Part shown: positions 7,847 to 17,843 of the stretch, one piece after another
Numbering within the stretch: the stretch's first letter is position 1
Layout: each line of letters begins with the position of its first letter
Assembly: GCA_016190755.1 (NCBI GenBank)
Contig: JACPPY010000054.1
Coordinates: forward strand, 1 to 62,939
Length of the DNA: 62,939 nt
Reading direction: 5' to 3'
Source of the DNA: Chloroflexota bacterium
GTDB lineage: Bacteria > Chloroflexota > Dehalococcoidia > JACPPY01
Notes under the pieces: generated by a model
Databases searched by the model: none
Told to the model about the DNA's origin: nothing
The model's input: the letters and a program-made list of their open reading frames with translations, nothing else
Made by a program: the position numbers and the translations under genes

Positions 7847-9607
7847 TTAGAGAGATAATAGCGCGGGAGAGCGGTCGCCTTCCCATACGACCTGCCCGCC
7901 CACCATCGTCATGATGACCTTGATATCTTTTATGGCCTCTGGCTCCACGGCAGTCGGGTCGTCGCTAAGAAGGACCAGGTCGGCCAGTTTTCCAATCGCT
8001 ATGGAGCCGAGGGTCGTCTCCTGGCTACAGGAATAGGCTGCATTGGTGGTATACATTGCCAGGGCCTGCATCGGCGAAACCTTCTCCTGCGGTAGCAGCA
8101 CGTGGCCGCTCTGTGTCGTGCGAGTAACGGCTCCGTATATTCCTACCAGCGGGTTACAGGGGACGACTGGGGAATCGGAGGAACCAGCCGTCACCAGGCC
8201 GGAGCGCAGGAAAGACCCGATGCGGTATAGCCATTGCTGCTGCGGCTTCGGCACGGTGTTCAGGTATCTCTCGCCGCTGTAGTAGATAAACGGCGGTTGG
8301 GTTACGATGATGGTCTGCAGCCCCTCCAGCCTTGACAGCAGTGTGACGGTACATTCGGCGCAGTGTTCTATCCTGTCCCGGAACTTTCTCATCGTGGGGA
8401 AACGTCGCCGGTTGCGCTCCAATGAGGTAACCGCAGCATCTATGGCGATCTCCTCTATGGCATGTATGGCCACCGGCCTGCCCGCCCAATGGGCACGCAT
8501 CACGTGGTCATCCAATAACCGCTCTGGAGGAAACAGCGTGCCGGTGGATTCGGTAATCATGAGCTTGATAGGGCCGACGCGGACGTCTGATGCTGCCTCT
8601 TCTGGCTTTGTTGTCGACAGCAGTCCTGCCTGGATGAAGGTATCCAGTGAGTCTATGCCAGGCAGAACTGTCACGCGGCTGGCTAACAGGCCGTTGTTCT
8701 TGATGGACTCGAAGGTCAACCATTGGTCGAGGTCGTTTCCCGCTGTAGCATCTTGCAAGGAGGTTATGCCGCAGGACTGGTACTTCTGACTGGCGAGCCT
8801 GATGGCCATGAGCATCTGGTCCGGGTCCGGCTGTGGTATGATGCGGCCCACAAAATAGTTCATATCTACGAGCAAGCCGTTGGGCTCGCCGGTCTCCGGT
8901 TCACGCTCTATCACTCCTCCTGGAGGCTCCGGCGTTACGGCGTTTATGCCCGCAAGCCTGAGCCCGAGAGTATTAAGCACACAGTAATGCCCGCTGCGAT
9001 GGCTCAGCGTGACCGGATGGTCCGGCACTGCGGCATCCAGGTCGTGCCTGTTGGGGTGCCTTTTTTCGACGAGATAAAACTCGTTGTAGCCTACGCCGAC
9101 TATCCACTGTCCGGGCGGCGTTGTCACAGCGCGCTCGCGCAGCTCCGCCTTTATGTCTTCGATAGAGCTTACTGATTCCGGTGAACAGTCAACCGCGAGC
9201 AGGCTGCGGGCGAAGGCCAGCACGTGGCAATGGGCATCATGGAACCCTGGCACAAGCGTCATGCCCTGGCAGTCAACCGACCTGTCGTTCGGCCCCTGGA
9301 AGTCCCGCAGCAGGTCATTATCACCTATTGCTGTGACCCACTGGTCCCTTATGGCGACCGCCTCGGCCTTTGGCCTGCCGGGCTCCATGGTGATCACGTT
9401 GGCGTGATGCAGTACCAGCAAGTTGCGACTCCTATCAAGAACCTGCTCCTGACGCCGGCGTTCGCTACCATTCGGCAGGAGACGTATCATCTCGCATGGG
9501 TAGTCCCGCAGCGAGGCCGGTGGGTTGTTTCCCCCTGTATTCAGTATAGCGCCCTTGTCCACAAGGTAGCTGCGGATACGTGATGGCGTCCGCTGGGCCC
9601 GGCGCAT
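7847..9607 (-). CDS. Amidohydrolase-family protein (YtcJ-like, Amidohydro_3 type)
   Basis: 586 aa. HHANVITMEPGRPKAEAVAIRDQWVTAIG...GFHDAHCHV...DRIEHC...SDSPV are the metal-ligand motifs of this family. AGGAGA lies 13 nt upstream of the ATG at 9607. The internal ATG at 9490 is an alternative start. Confidence 0.9.
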   Translation of the reverse strand: MRRAQRTPSRIRSYLVDKGAILNTGGNNPPASLRDYPCEMIRLLPNGSERRRQEQVLDRSRNLLVLHHANVITMEPGRPKAEAVAIRDQWVTAIGDNDLLRDFQGPNDRSVDCQGMTLVPGFHDAHCHVLAFARSLLAVDCSPESVSSIEDIKAELRERAVTTPPGQWIVGVGYNEFYLVEKRHPNRHDLDAAVPDHPVTLSHRSGHYCVLNTLGLRLAGINAVTPEPPGGVIEREPETGEPNGLLVDMNYFVGRIIPQPDPDQMLMAIRLASQKYQSCGITSLQDATAGNDLDQWLTFESIKNNGLLASRVTVLPGIDSLDTFIQAGLLSTTKPEEAASDVRVGPIKLMITESTGTLFPPERLLDDHVMRAHWAGRPVAIHAIEEIAIDAAVTSLERNRRRFPTMRKFRDRIEHCAECTVTLLSRLEGLQTIIVTQPPFIYYSGERYLNTVPKPQQQWLYRIGSFLRSGLVTAGSSDSPVVPCNPLVGIYGAVTRTTQSGHVLLPQEKVSPMQALAMYTTNAAYSCSQETTLGSIAIGKLADLVLLSDDPTAVEPEAIKDIKVIMTMVGGQVVWEGDRSPALLSL

Positions 9608-9680
9608 TACCCTGGGGTTTCTCCTGTTGGAGGCAGCGTCAGAAGGTACGTAAACACCTACTCGCGCAGGTTGTGGAGAT

Positions 9681-9709
9681 TTGTATTTGGTTTGTATCTA
9701 TGATATGAT
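9681..9709 (+). promoter_or_regulatory. Candidate sigma-70-type promoter of recA
   Basis: TTGTAT - 17 nt - TATGAT, about 50 nt upstream of the recA start. Confidence 0.35.
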
Positions 9710-9758
9710 TTCGCAAACATCGCGTCGGGATGAATTCAGAGAGAGGAATTGAATTGTA

Positions 9759-10799
9759 ATGGCCGTGGAAGAGACAGAAAAAGAGAGATCGCTGGAACTG
9801 GCTGTAGGGCAGATCGAAAAGCAGTTCGGCAAAGGGTCCATCATGCGGCTGGGCGAAGCCACCGCCGCTTTGACGGTAGAGTCCATCCCAACGGGCTCGC
9901 TGTCGCTTGACCTGGCGTTGGGCGTGGGCGGCATTCCGAAGGGAAGAGTAACCGAGATCTTTGGCCCTGAGGCGTCCGGCAAGAGCACACTGGCGCAGCA
10001 CATAATCGCCGAAGCCCAAAGGGCAGGTGGCGTCGCGGCCTATATCGACGCCGAGCATGCGCTTGATCCTGCCTATGCGGCCCACTGCGGCGTGAATGTG
10101 GACAACCTGTGGATAGCGCAGCCGGATACCGGCGAACAGGCGCTGGAGATAACCGAAGGCCTGGTGCGAAGCGGCGCAGTGGACGTGGTCGTGATAGACA
10201 GCGTGGCCGCGCTTGTGCCTCGTGCTGAACTTGAAGGAGAGATGGGCGACTCCTTCATAGGTCTGCAGGCGAGGCTGATGTCTCAGGCGCTGCGCAAACT
10301 TACCTCGGTGATCAGCAGGTCCAAGTCGGCCGTCATCTTCATCAACCAGTTGCGTGAGAAGGTCGGCGTGTTCTTCGGCAACCCGGAGGTGACCCCCGGC
10401 GGCCGTGCGCTGAAGTTCTACGCCTCGGTCCGCATTGACCTGAGGCGCACCGATGCCATAAAGGCCGGCTCAGAGGTTGTGGGCTCGCGCGTGCGCGCGA
10501 AGGTAGTGAAGAACAAGGTGGCCGTGCCTTTCCGCCAGGCGGAGTTCGACATAATGTTCGACTCGGGCATAAGCAAGGCAGGCGACATACTCGACCTCGC
10601 CGTGGCCACAGGCATGGTTAAGAAATCGGGAGCCTTTTTCACCTACGGGGAGACGAAGATAGGCCAGGGCCGTGAGAACGCCAAGGAATACCTCAAGCAA
10701 CACCCGGATGTGAGCGGCGAGCTGGAGCAGAAGATCAGGGGCTCCAGTTCCCACATAACAACTGCGCTACTGCGTGGCGGTGGTGATGGCGGCGAGTAA
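9759..10799 (+). CDS. recA: Recombinase RecA
   Basis: 346 aa. [11 protein letters not shown] (Walker A), [10 protein letters not shown], and the [12 protein letters not shown] loop. Unmistakable RecA. Confidence 0.98.
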   Translation: MAVEETEKERSLELAVGQIEKQFGKGSIMRLGEATAALTVESIPTGSLSLDLALGVGGIPKGRVTEIFGPEASGKSTLAQHIIAEAQRAGGVAAYIDAEHALDPAYAAHCGVNVDNLWIAQPDTGEQALEITEGLVRSGAVDVVVIDSVAALVPRAELEGEMGDSFIGLQARLMSQALRKLTSVISRSKSAVIFINQLREKVGVFFGNPEVTPGGRALKFYASVRIDLRRTDAIKAGSEVVGSRVRAKVVKNKVAVPFRQAEFDIMFDSGISKAGDILDLAVATGMVKKSGAFFTYGETKIGQGRENAKEYLKQHPDVSGELEQKIRGSSSHITTALLRGGGDGGE

Positions 10800-10835
10800 G
10801 CCGCCGGAACATCAGGCGTGTTCCGTTGATGTGAT

Positions 10836-11477
10836 ATGCCTCTGATAACTGAGATCAAGGCTGTTAAAAAAGGCCGGGTGTCCGTCTACCTCGGAGGCGA
10901 GCCGGCCCTGGAGATAGCCTCCGACGTACTTGTCGCCCGCGGCCTCCGGTCAGGAATGGAGCTTTCCGCGCCTCAGCTTGCCGAACTCAAGAAAGCCGAT
11001 GAGATACACCGGGCGTTGGAGGCGGCCATGCACTACCTGGAGTACCGCCCGCGCAGCGAAAAAGAGCTCCGCGACAGGCTGCGCCGGGGCGCCTTTCCCC
11101 CTGATGTGACTGCTGCCGCCATGGCCAGGCTGAGGCAACTGGGCCTGGCCGACGATGCTTCCTTTGCTCGTTTCTGGAAGGAAGGACGGGAGGCCACCCG
11201 TCCGCGCAGCAAGCGTATGATGAAGCAGGAACTGTGGCGCAAGGGCTTGAACCAGGAGATAATCCAGGAGACAGTCAAGGACGTGGACGAGGAGAGCGGC
11301 GCCTACCGCATTGCCAGCAAGAAGGCACACTCCATGAATGGCCTGGATGAAAAGGCGTTTTACCGCCGGCTCGGCTCATTTCTGCAGAGCCGGGGCTACA
11401 ACTATGACCTGGCCCGCCGCACGGTGGAACGTGTGTGGCAGGAGACTCGGCACACGCCCCTCGAGACTGAAGAGTAG
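10836..11477 (+). CDS. recX: RecA regulator RecX
   Basis: 213 aa, directly downstream of recA. Has the RecX repeat pattern (ALHYLEYRPRSEKELRDRLRRGAFP...). Confidence 0.9.
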   Translation: MPLITEIKAVKKGRVSVYLGGEPALEIASDVLVARGLRSGMELSAPQLAELKKADEIHRALEAAMHYLEYRPRSEKELRDRLRRGAFPPDVTAAAMARLRQLGLADDASFARFWKEGREATRPRSKRMMKQELWRKGLNQEIIQETVKDVDEESGAYRIASKKAHSMNGLDEKAFYRRLGSFLQSRGYNYDLARRTVERVWQETRHTPLETEE

Positions 11478-11551
11478 TCGCTGTGTCCGTCCTGGGGCGT
11501 GCTGGTACACTGCCTTGCCACGCCACGTCAGCCTTGCTACCATATACTTCT

Positions 11552-12859
11552 ATGCTGGATAACATTGGACTCTACATCACCCTCTTCATCATTGCGCTGA
11601 TCGGTGCCGCTTTCTTCTGCAGCGCAGAGACTGCTTTCATCAGCCTGCAGAAGCTGCGGATCCATCACCTGGTACGGACTACCCCAAAGAAGGCCGAGCT
11701 TGTCGCCCAGATAGCAGGCCATCCCGAGAAGTTCCTTGGCACCGTCCTCCTGGCGATCAACCTCCTGGAATCCGCAGTGGCCACGTTGGGCACAGTCATA
11801 GCTATTTCGTTGTGGGGAGAAAACCTGGGAGCTGCAATCGCAACCCTGGCCATTGCGGTGGTGACCCTCATATTCGCCGAGTACCTTCCCAAGACGATTG
11901 CCGCCCGGTACGCAGAAAAGATAGTCATGAGCTACGCCAGGCCGGTACAGCTCGCAATGGTCGTTCTTTCTCCATTCGTCTATGTCCTCAATCGTATCGG
12001 GATGAGCTTCTCCTCAATTGCGGGAGACAAAGAGCCAAGGCCGACCCTCAGCGAAGAGGAGTTTCGCACTGCGATCACGGTCGGTGAACACGAGGGAGTC
12101 ATCGAGAACACCGAGGCGGAGATGATACACAAGGTCTTCGAGTTCGGCGACCGGCCAGTGCGGGAGGTGATGACGCCACGTACTGAGGTCACTTTCGTCG
12201 AGAAGGGAACGCGTCTGAAGGACTTCATAGCATCATACCCCGACCACCCACAGCCCCGGTTTCCTGTCTTTGAAGGCTCCGTTGACAACGTCATCGGCCA
12301 GATCTCGATAAAAGACATGGTCGTTGCAGAGGCTGAAGGAAAGATGCGCGACGAAACCCTTGTGGACGAGTTGGTTAGCAAAGTTATGTTCATCCCCGAG
12401 AGCAAGCGCCTGGGCGAGTTACTGACCGAAATGCAGGACGAAGGTCACCAATTGGCGGTGGTCATCGACGAGTTTGGCGGAACGGCGGGCACGGTAACTG
12501 TGGAACAGGTTGTAGGCGCAATCGTCGGGAGCCTTGGTGGGGAACTTGTCGGCGGCGAAAAGGAATACGAGGCCATCGGGGAGAACGTCTTCCTGGTAGA
12601 AGGAGGACTCCGTGTCGAGGATGCCAATGAGCAGCTGGGGCTCAATCTTCCGGAAGGAGACTACGAGACGGTTGCCGGCTTTATCTTCTCACTGCTCGGA
12701 CGCATACCCCGGGAAGGTGAACAACTCGCCTACAAGGGAATGAAGATAACGGTCAGCGAAATGCGAGGCAGGAAGTTAGAAAAGGTAATGTTCACCAAGA
12801 TGGAGGCCCCGGCGAAAGCCGCGGCTCCAGCCGAGGCGGACAAACAACTGCAAAAGTAG
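11552..12859 (+). CDS. CNNM/HlyC-CorC family membrane protein (DUF21 - CBS pair - CorC_HlyC)
   Basis: TM N-terminal domain, CBS pair (VREVMTPRTEV...; LAVVIDEFGGTAGTVTVEQVV) and a C-terminal transporter-associated domain. I preferred the ATG at 11552 (MLDNIGLYITLF...) over the track start at 11483. Confidence 0.9.
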   Translation: MLDNIGLYITLFIIALIGAAFFCSAETAFISLQKLRIHHLVRTTPKKAELVAQIAGHPEKFLGTVLLAINLLESAVATLGTVIAISLWGENLGAAIATLAIAVVTLIFAEYLPKTIAARYAEKIVMSYARPVQLAMVVLSPFVYVLNRIGMSFSSIAGDKEPRPTLSEEEFRTAITVGEHEGVIENTEAEMIHKVFEFGDRPVREVMTPRTEVTFVEKGTRLKDFIASYPDHPQPRFPVFEGSVDNVIGQISIKDMVVAEAEGKMRDETLVDELVSKVMFIPESKRLGELLTEMQDEGHQLAVVIDEFGGTAGTVTVEQVVGAIVGSLGGELVGGEKEYEAIGENVFLVEGGLRVEDANEQLGLNLPEGDYETVAGFIFSLLGRIPREGEQLAYKGMKITVSEMRGRKLEKVMFTKMEAPAKAAAPAEADKQLQK

Positions 12860-13126
12860 TCTGTTCTCAACCTACATCTTGCCTGTTGCGTCACTAACTT
12901 CTGCACCGTGCCGACGTTTACTAGTGTACACAACATGCCATTTTCACGGTAGGCTGTGCCACGTTCCAAATCCTGTTACCTGATGTACTTGGAGGTCTCC
13001 ACTCTTGACATTTAGAATCTCCACTTGCTAACATACATAGCCATCCGATGTACTATGATAGCCGATGGGCATCCATCGCAGTGGAAGTAATGCCCGTGGC
13101 AGGGGTGCATCAAGAGGTGTTCTCAC

Positions 13127-13984
13127 ATCGCCAGCGTAGCCATAGTAACAGATAGCACGAGCAGCCTTCCTCAGGAGTTGATCAGCCAGTACGGCATATA
13201 CGTGGCTCCGGTCGGGATGGTTATTGACGGGAAGCATTACCGCGACCAGATAGATATCACTGCCGCAGAGTTCCTAGACATGTCCGGGAAGCTAACGAAG
13301 CAGCCCTCCACCACCGCGGCCAACCCCGGGGACTTTCTGGCTATTTTCCGAGAGTTGGGCAAGTCAACCAAAGACATAGTATGTATCCTCGTTTCCAGGG
13401 CGCTATCGGCCACGCAGGAATCAGCGTACCAGGCGAAAAGGATGATCAGGTCAGAGATACCGGACTTGAACGTGGAGATATTCGATAGTAAGACCTCTAT
13501 TGGCGCTTTGGGTTTCATAGTGCTTGAAGCTGCACGTGCCGCGCAGCAGGGTAAGAGCAGGGAGGAGGTGTTGAAGGTAGCCAGGGACATGTCACTGAGG
13601 GTGGTCTATCTCGCTACAGTTGATAGCCTCAAATACCTGATAAACATCGGCCGCGCGCCGAAGAACGCGACCTCGGTGGGAGAACTGCTCCAGGTAAAGC
13701 CGGTTATAGGTTTCATCGACGATACAGGTCTGCTAGAAATCGTTGCCAGGGTCAGAGGAAGGGGCAAGGCGGTGAGCAAGATACTGGACCTGGTTGAGGA
13801 GTACGCAGACACCAGGCTGCCACTCCACGCGAATGTCCACTACACCCACGACCCGGCGCAAGCCGAGCAGCTGAAGCAGTCACTCGTCTCCCGGTACAAG
13901 TGCTCCGAGGTGTATGTGACGCAATTCTCGCCTGTCATGATAGGGGCAGTTGGGCCCCTGGTTGGGCTCTCATTCTATTCGTGA
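13127..13984 (+). CDS. DegV-family fatty-acid-binding protein, probably using a non-canonical ATC start
   Basis: The track ORF begins at TTG 13178. In-frame upstream codons encode the conserved DegV N-terminus (I)ASVAIVTDSTSSLPQEL. AGAGGTG lies 8 nt before ATC 13127. There is no ATG/GTG/TTG between the stop at 13088 and 13178. Confidence 0.8.
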   Translation: MASVAIVTDSTSSLPQELISQYGIYVAPVGMVIDGKHYRDQIDITAAEFLDMSGKLTKQPSTTAANPGDFLAIFRELGKSTKDIVCILVSRALSATQESAYQAKRMIRSEIPDLNVEIFDSKTSIGALGFIVLEAARAAQQGKSREEVLKVARDMSLRVVYLATVDSLKYLINIGRAPKNATSVGELLQVKPVIGFIDDTGLLEIVARVRGRGKAVSKILDLVEEYADTRLPLHANVHYTHDPAQAEQLKQSLVSRYKCSEVYVTQFSPVMIGAVGPLVGLSFYS

Positions 13985-14020
13985 CCTGCATGGTCGCTTG
14001 AGTGAAGTATGGAGGAAAGA

Positions 14021-15241
14021 ATGAAAAGACGTTGGGTCCTGGTAACCACTGCAATTGCTCTCCTGGTTCCCTTGCTCATTTTGCCGTTGGCCTCCTGCAA
14101 GTCGAAGCCACCGGCGAACGCCGAAATTCGTGTGGGCATAATGGGAGGCGTCACGGGCGCCACCTCCTCAGCCGTTTTGCCCGTAGTCGAAGAGCTACAG
14201 CACTTCATGCGTTACATGAATGAGGTCGAAGGTGGTATTGACAGCGTCAAGTTCAGCTATAAAGTAGCCGATACCAAGGGCACTCCAGATGGGGCAGTCC
14301 TGGCTTACAAAGAGCTGAGGGACTCCTTCAAGCCCATGATCTACATACCTGTCGAAGACTACCTGCTTGTTCCCATGATAGACCAGATCGCGCAGGACAA
14401 GTCCGTTATCCTGACTATAACGGCGATCGACAACAAACTATACGTGCCGGCGGGCAGGGCCTTCGGCATGGGCATACCGGTTGCCGATGGCTTCGCTGGC
14501 TACGTGAAATGGGTCAAAGGGAACTGGAAGGGCCAGGGGCAGCCCAAGATCGGTGTATTGCACTGGGACAGGCCGTCCGGGCTCGGGTGGCAGATGGCCC
14601 AATCGTGGGTCAAGAAGCAGGGCATCGAACTCGTGCCCGCTCCTTTCAGCATCACTGCCATGGACCTCAAGCCTCAGCTGATGGCCCTGCGCGATGCCAA
14701 GGTAGACTACATCTGGATGGCGGGTATTTCGCCCAACGTGTCAGTGGCCATACGTGATTTCCGCGGCCTCGGGCTTGCCGGTAAGATGCCCTTCACGTTC
14801 AATGAGTTCACGGAAGCGCATACCGTGCTTGCGCTGGCAGGCGCGGCTGCTGAAGGGTTCTACGAGTACAGGGCGGAGAGCCCCTATTCGGAAGACACAG
14901 AGGCATCAAAGTTGTACACGAAGGTGTGGAAGTGGGCGGCCAATCAAGACAAATGGTCGGATAACCGCCATGTGGTGACCTTCGACGCCGTCATGAAAGC
15001 GGCCGTGAAGCAGGCCGTGGCCGATAGCGGATGGGAAAAGCTGAGCGGCGATACGCTCTACACGGCCCTTACCAAGCTCAACAAGGTCGACACTATGGGC
15101 AACATGAAGGACTTCGGTTTCGGGCCTGATAAGCGCATAGGCGTCTCCACCATCAAGATGAAGCAGTACACGAAGACCGGCACCGTTCCTGTCGGCGACT
15201 GGATCAGCCTGCCGCGTATCTTCGAAGGCATAGATAAGTAA
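14021..15241 (+). CDS. ABC-transporter substrate-binding lipoprotein, LivK/branched-chain amino-acid type (orphan)
   Basis: Signal peptide plus lipobox LASC. IRVGIMGGVTGATS... is the Peripla_BP_6-like pattern. GGAGG lies 5 nt before ATG 14021. No permease or ATPase genes are adjacent. Confidence 0.85.
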   Translation: MKRRWVLVTTAIALLVPLLILPLASCKSKPPANAEIRVGIMGGVTGATSSAVLPVVEELQHFMRYMNEVEGGIDSVKFSYKVADTKGTPDGAVLAYKELRDSFKPMIYIPVEDYLLVPMIDQIAQDKSVILTITAIDNKLYVPAGRAFGMGIPVADGFAGYVKWVKGNWKGQGQPKIGVLHWDRPSGLGWQMAQSWVKKQGIELVPAPFSITAMDLKPQLMALRDAKVDYIWMAGISPNVSVAIRDFRGLGLAGKMPFTFNEFTEAHTVLALAGAAAEGFYEYRAESPYSEDTEASKLYTKVWKWAANQDKWSDNRHVVTFDAVMKAAVKQAVADSGWEKLSGDTLYTALTKLNKVDTMGNMKDFGFGPDKRIGVSTIKMKQYTKTGTVPVGDWISLPRIFEGIDK

Positions 15242-15268
15242 GAGACAATAGTCCTTTTGGTCAACCAC

Positions 15269-15298
15269 AAGGCCAGGACCGGTTCCGGTCCTGGCCTT
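15269..15298. terminator. Perfect 30-nt palindrome downstream of the binding-protein gene (terminator-like hairpin without a clear U tract)
   Basis: AAGGCCAGGACCGGTTCCGGTCCTGGCCTT. Confidence 0.45.
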
Positions 15299-15467
15299 GC
15301 GATTCAGAGTTTCCAAGGGAGCGCGAGCTGAACCATTCAAAAGTATCTGGTGCAACAGTATGGTCGTGTGCAAAAACTTCAGGTTCATCCTCACCCTAAA
15401 ATTCGCTCCCCAGGTACCCACGGAGTGGGTGTGGAGAGAGTTAGAGTGAGGGCTCACTTGGAATGGA

Positions 15468-15907
15468 TTAGTAGCATGAACAAGGCCAGAGCATACGCAG
15501 CAGGTTGTCCTCTTCCGGCTGCCAGTACTTCTCCTTGTTGAAGCGGGCCTTGGGACGGTTGATGTTGATCACCTGCTTGTACCCAATCGTCCAGATGATG
15601 GTGGCCTCGATGTGCGAAAGGTCGTGGCGCAGCTCTACCCGGTCCACCAGAAGTGCTATCAGGCGGTTGCGCAGGGCTCCGGGGTATTTCTTCCACTTGC
15701 CCTCCAGGTTTTCTAGACCAAGGCCAAGATGGAAACTACATTGCTGCTGTTGCAAGTAGTGGGTGATAAACATCGCGAATCTATCCAGATTCGCTTCCCC
15801 AGAAAAATGCACGGATCATGGCTGCCCTTCAGCAGTTGACTGACCAGGCAGGTAATACCTCGTCTGAAGACACTGATCGTGCGCCGAGAGAGGGCCTCAA
15901 ATGACAA
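15468..15907 (-). pseudogene. Decayed gene remnant, possibly the C-terminal tail of a large serine recombinase
   Basis: Two overlapping minus-strand ORFs in different frames (15713..15907 and 15468..15812). The segment ALRNRLIALLVDRVELRHDLSHIEATIIW resembles, from memory, the C-terminal tails of serine recombinases. No catalytic domain is present. Confidence 0.3.
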
Positions 15908-16447
15908 AAGTGCTGCGCTATGCTCTGATGCATCTGATAATATTCAGTAGGAAGGCGCATTGGTCATCTCCAGCATCAAGGTATGTGACTAATTCCATGA
16001 TGCCAGATGTCCCTGCGCTTTCCTCTTATCTAGCGGTCTTTCATACCCCATTCAGCCCTGCGGAAGGTGAGACGCCGGAGGAGTTGCCCGAACCAGGCGG
16101 AGGGCACACCACATGGTGGCGACAAAAACCTCTGGAGATGACAAGAGACGATAAAGGCATGTTTTATCGTCGTATCTGGCCCAGATAGCGGTGACGACAG
16201 AGACGACATTTTGGGGTTATCTACAAAAAGGCTCAAAGAGGAGATTTTGCAGAATATGCAGACCGCGCGACAGGGGACTTCCGTAGGCCTGGTCCCACAG
16301 GGACGAAAGCCCTCAACGCACAGAGACTCCCGTGTGGGGAAGTGTGCCATCCGTGCCAACTGTGCCAGGCATTCCAGGGAAACGTCCATAGTGGCTCTGG
16401 GCCATAATCTGTTAGCCTATGCCGACATCCCAATCACCGCTTTGCAA

Positions 16448-16472
16448 AGGGCGGCCCGGGGAGGGCCGCCCT
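16448..16472 (-). terminator. GC-rich hairpin downstream of the cytochrome gene
   Basis: AGGGCGGCCC-GGGGA-GGGCCGCCCT. On the minus strand it is followed by TTGCAAAG (weak U tract). Confidence 0.45.
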
Positions 16473-16521
16473 CGGGGGTACATGTACTAGCGATTAGGTT
16501 CTCCCGCAGGAGGTGCGCGCA

Positions 16522-17463
16522 TTACTTTCCGTGTTGCGGCTGCCGGAACAGACCTTCGAATCTCTCCCATTGGTCCTTGCGGTTTTGTGCCGGGAAGTGG
16601 ACCAGGTGACACTTCATGCAGCTTTCGTTACCTATAGCTCCGGTTAGCTGGCCGACCTTCTGCATGTCGGGCGTGCCTTGCAGGGCCTCTCCGAGTTGAT
16701 CCACAATCGCCTGGATTCCCGGGTCTACGAAGTAGGTCCTCGGGGTATCGTGGCAGCTCTTGCAGCCCTCGGGGAGTTGCTTGAACCGGGCGCTGAAGTC
16801 CTGGAAGTTCTTGCGGGCGTTGTCGAACTTTCCCTGCTGCAGGTCTACTCCCATGCCCGAGAAAGATCCGGCCATGGTGGTCATATACTTGACCCACTCA
16901 AGCTGCTGATTGGTCACGGGGTCGGTCACCTGCACGTCATCGAAGTTCTTCCAATGGTATTTTTGATGTGACTTGGTCTGGTTGATCAGGTGGCAGGTGT
17001 CGCAGGCCTGGCCTACCCTTCCCATGGCTGGCCCGATCTTGGACGGGTCGCCGGAATTTATAGCTGCCCCGAGGGCATTCACCGGCGCCATGGGGAATAA
17101 TTTTGTCCACTCGGGGACCATCTTGGACATCTTTATCCACTGCGCTTTGAAGGCTTCGAAGTTGGCCTTCGCGCCCTGCATGTCGTTCTCGCCCAGGTTC
17201 ACGGCTATGCCTGAGAATGGGCCCTCAAGATTGAACATCTCGATCAACCATACCGGGGCCGGGGCCTGGGGTGGGAAGAACTGGTCGAGCGAGGCGGGTG
17301 GCGGCCCTGCCAGCTCTCTCAGTAACCGGTTCTGCTGCCCCAGCGACGTCCTCTTGCCGTCGTTGAAACCAGCGACGGCGAGAATAGCCATAAGGCCGAT
17401 GATGGCTATACCCAGGAACAAGAGTTTTTTGTTCAAGTCATGCCTCCTAGCATCTCTCCTCAA
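16522..17463 (-). CDS. Membrane-anchored tri-haem c-type cytochrome
   Basis: 313 aa. N-terminal TM anchor LLFLGIAIIGLMAILAVAGF. Three CxxCH motifs (CDTCH, CKSCH, CMKCH), each at the end of a largely helical segment. Confidence 0.85.
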   Translation of the reverse strand: MRRDARRHDLNKKLLFLGIAIIGLMAILAVAGFNDGKRTSLGQQNRLLRELAGPPPASLDQFFPPQAPAPVWLIEMFNLEGPFSGIAVNLGENDMQGAKANFEAFKAQWIKMSKMVPEWTKLFPMAPVNALGAAINSGDPSKIGPAMGRVGQACDTCHLINQTKSHQKYHWKNFDDVQVTDPVTNQQLEWVKYMTTMAGSFSGMGVDLQQGKFDNARKNFQDFSARFKQLPEGCKSCHDTPRTYFVDPGIQAIVDQLGEALQGTPDMQKVGQLTGAIGNESCMKCHLVHFPAQNRKDQWERFEGLFRQPQHGK

Positions 17464-17781
17464 GCCGGATGTATGATGGTCCGGAGAAGTATTGAACGGC
17501 CCTTGCGACGACGTCCGGCACGCGGCCAGCGGTATAGGGAGATCGGTGATGCGGATCAGAAAAGAGGAAGACTAGTCTGGTTTCCTGAGCTCGTTTCTTG
17601 CTACGCGAACACTGATTCCACTCGCCCGCCCCTTCAGGCAAAGGCGCTAAGACCATAATATATCCTGCTGAATGAGAAAGTTATAAACTCAACCGCTGTG
17701 ATATTACACTTGTATGACATACGCCGGATGCCGAAACGCGGTTATCTCAAGATAGGTTGTGCCGGCGTTGACAGTACCTGT

Positions 17782-17803
17782 TCCTCCTGTGCATAGAGTA
17801 CAC
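17782..17803 (+). repeat. 22-nt direct repeat, copy 1, in the cytochrome / cysteine-desulfurase divergent intergenic region
   Basis: TCCTCCTGTGCATAGAGTACAC. Confidence 0.8.
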
Positions 17804-17843
17804 GACCTCTGCTGAGTGAATGAGACGAAAGTCCTCACCTGAT

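Noticed and set aside
9608-9758. LexA/SOS (Cheo-type GAAC-N4-GTTC) box upstream of recA.
   Set aside because: I looked for GAAC...GTTC and similar palindromes and found none. Only a promoter-like TTGTAT-17-TATGAT and a TTTGTAT direct repeat are present.
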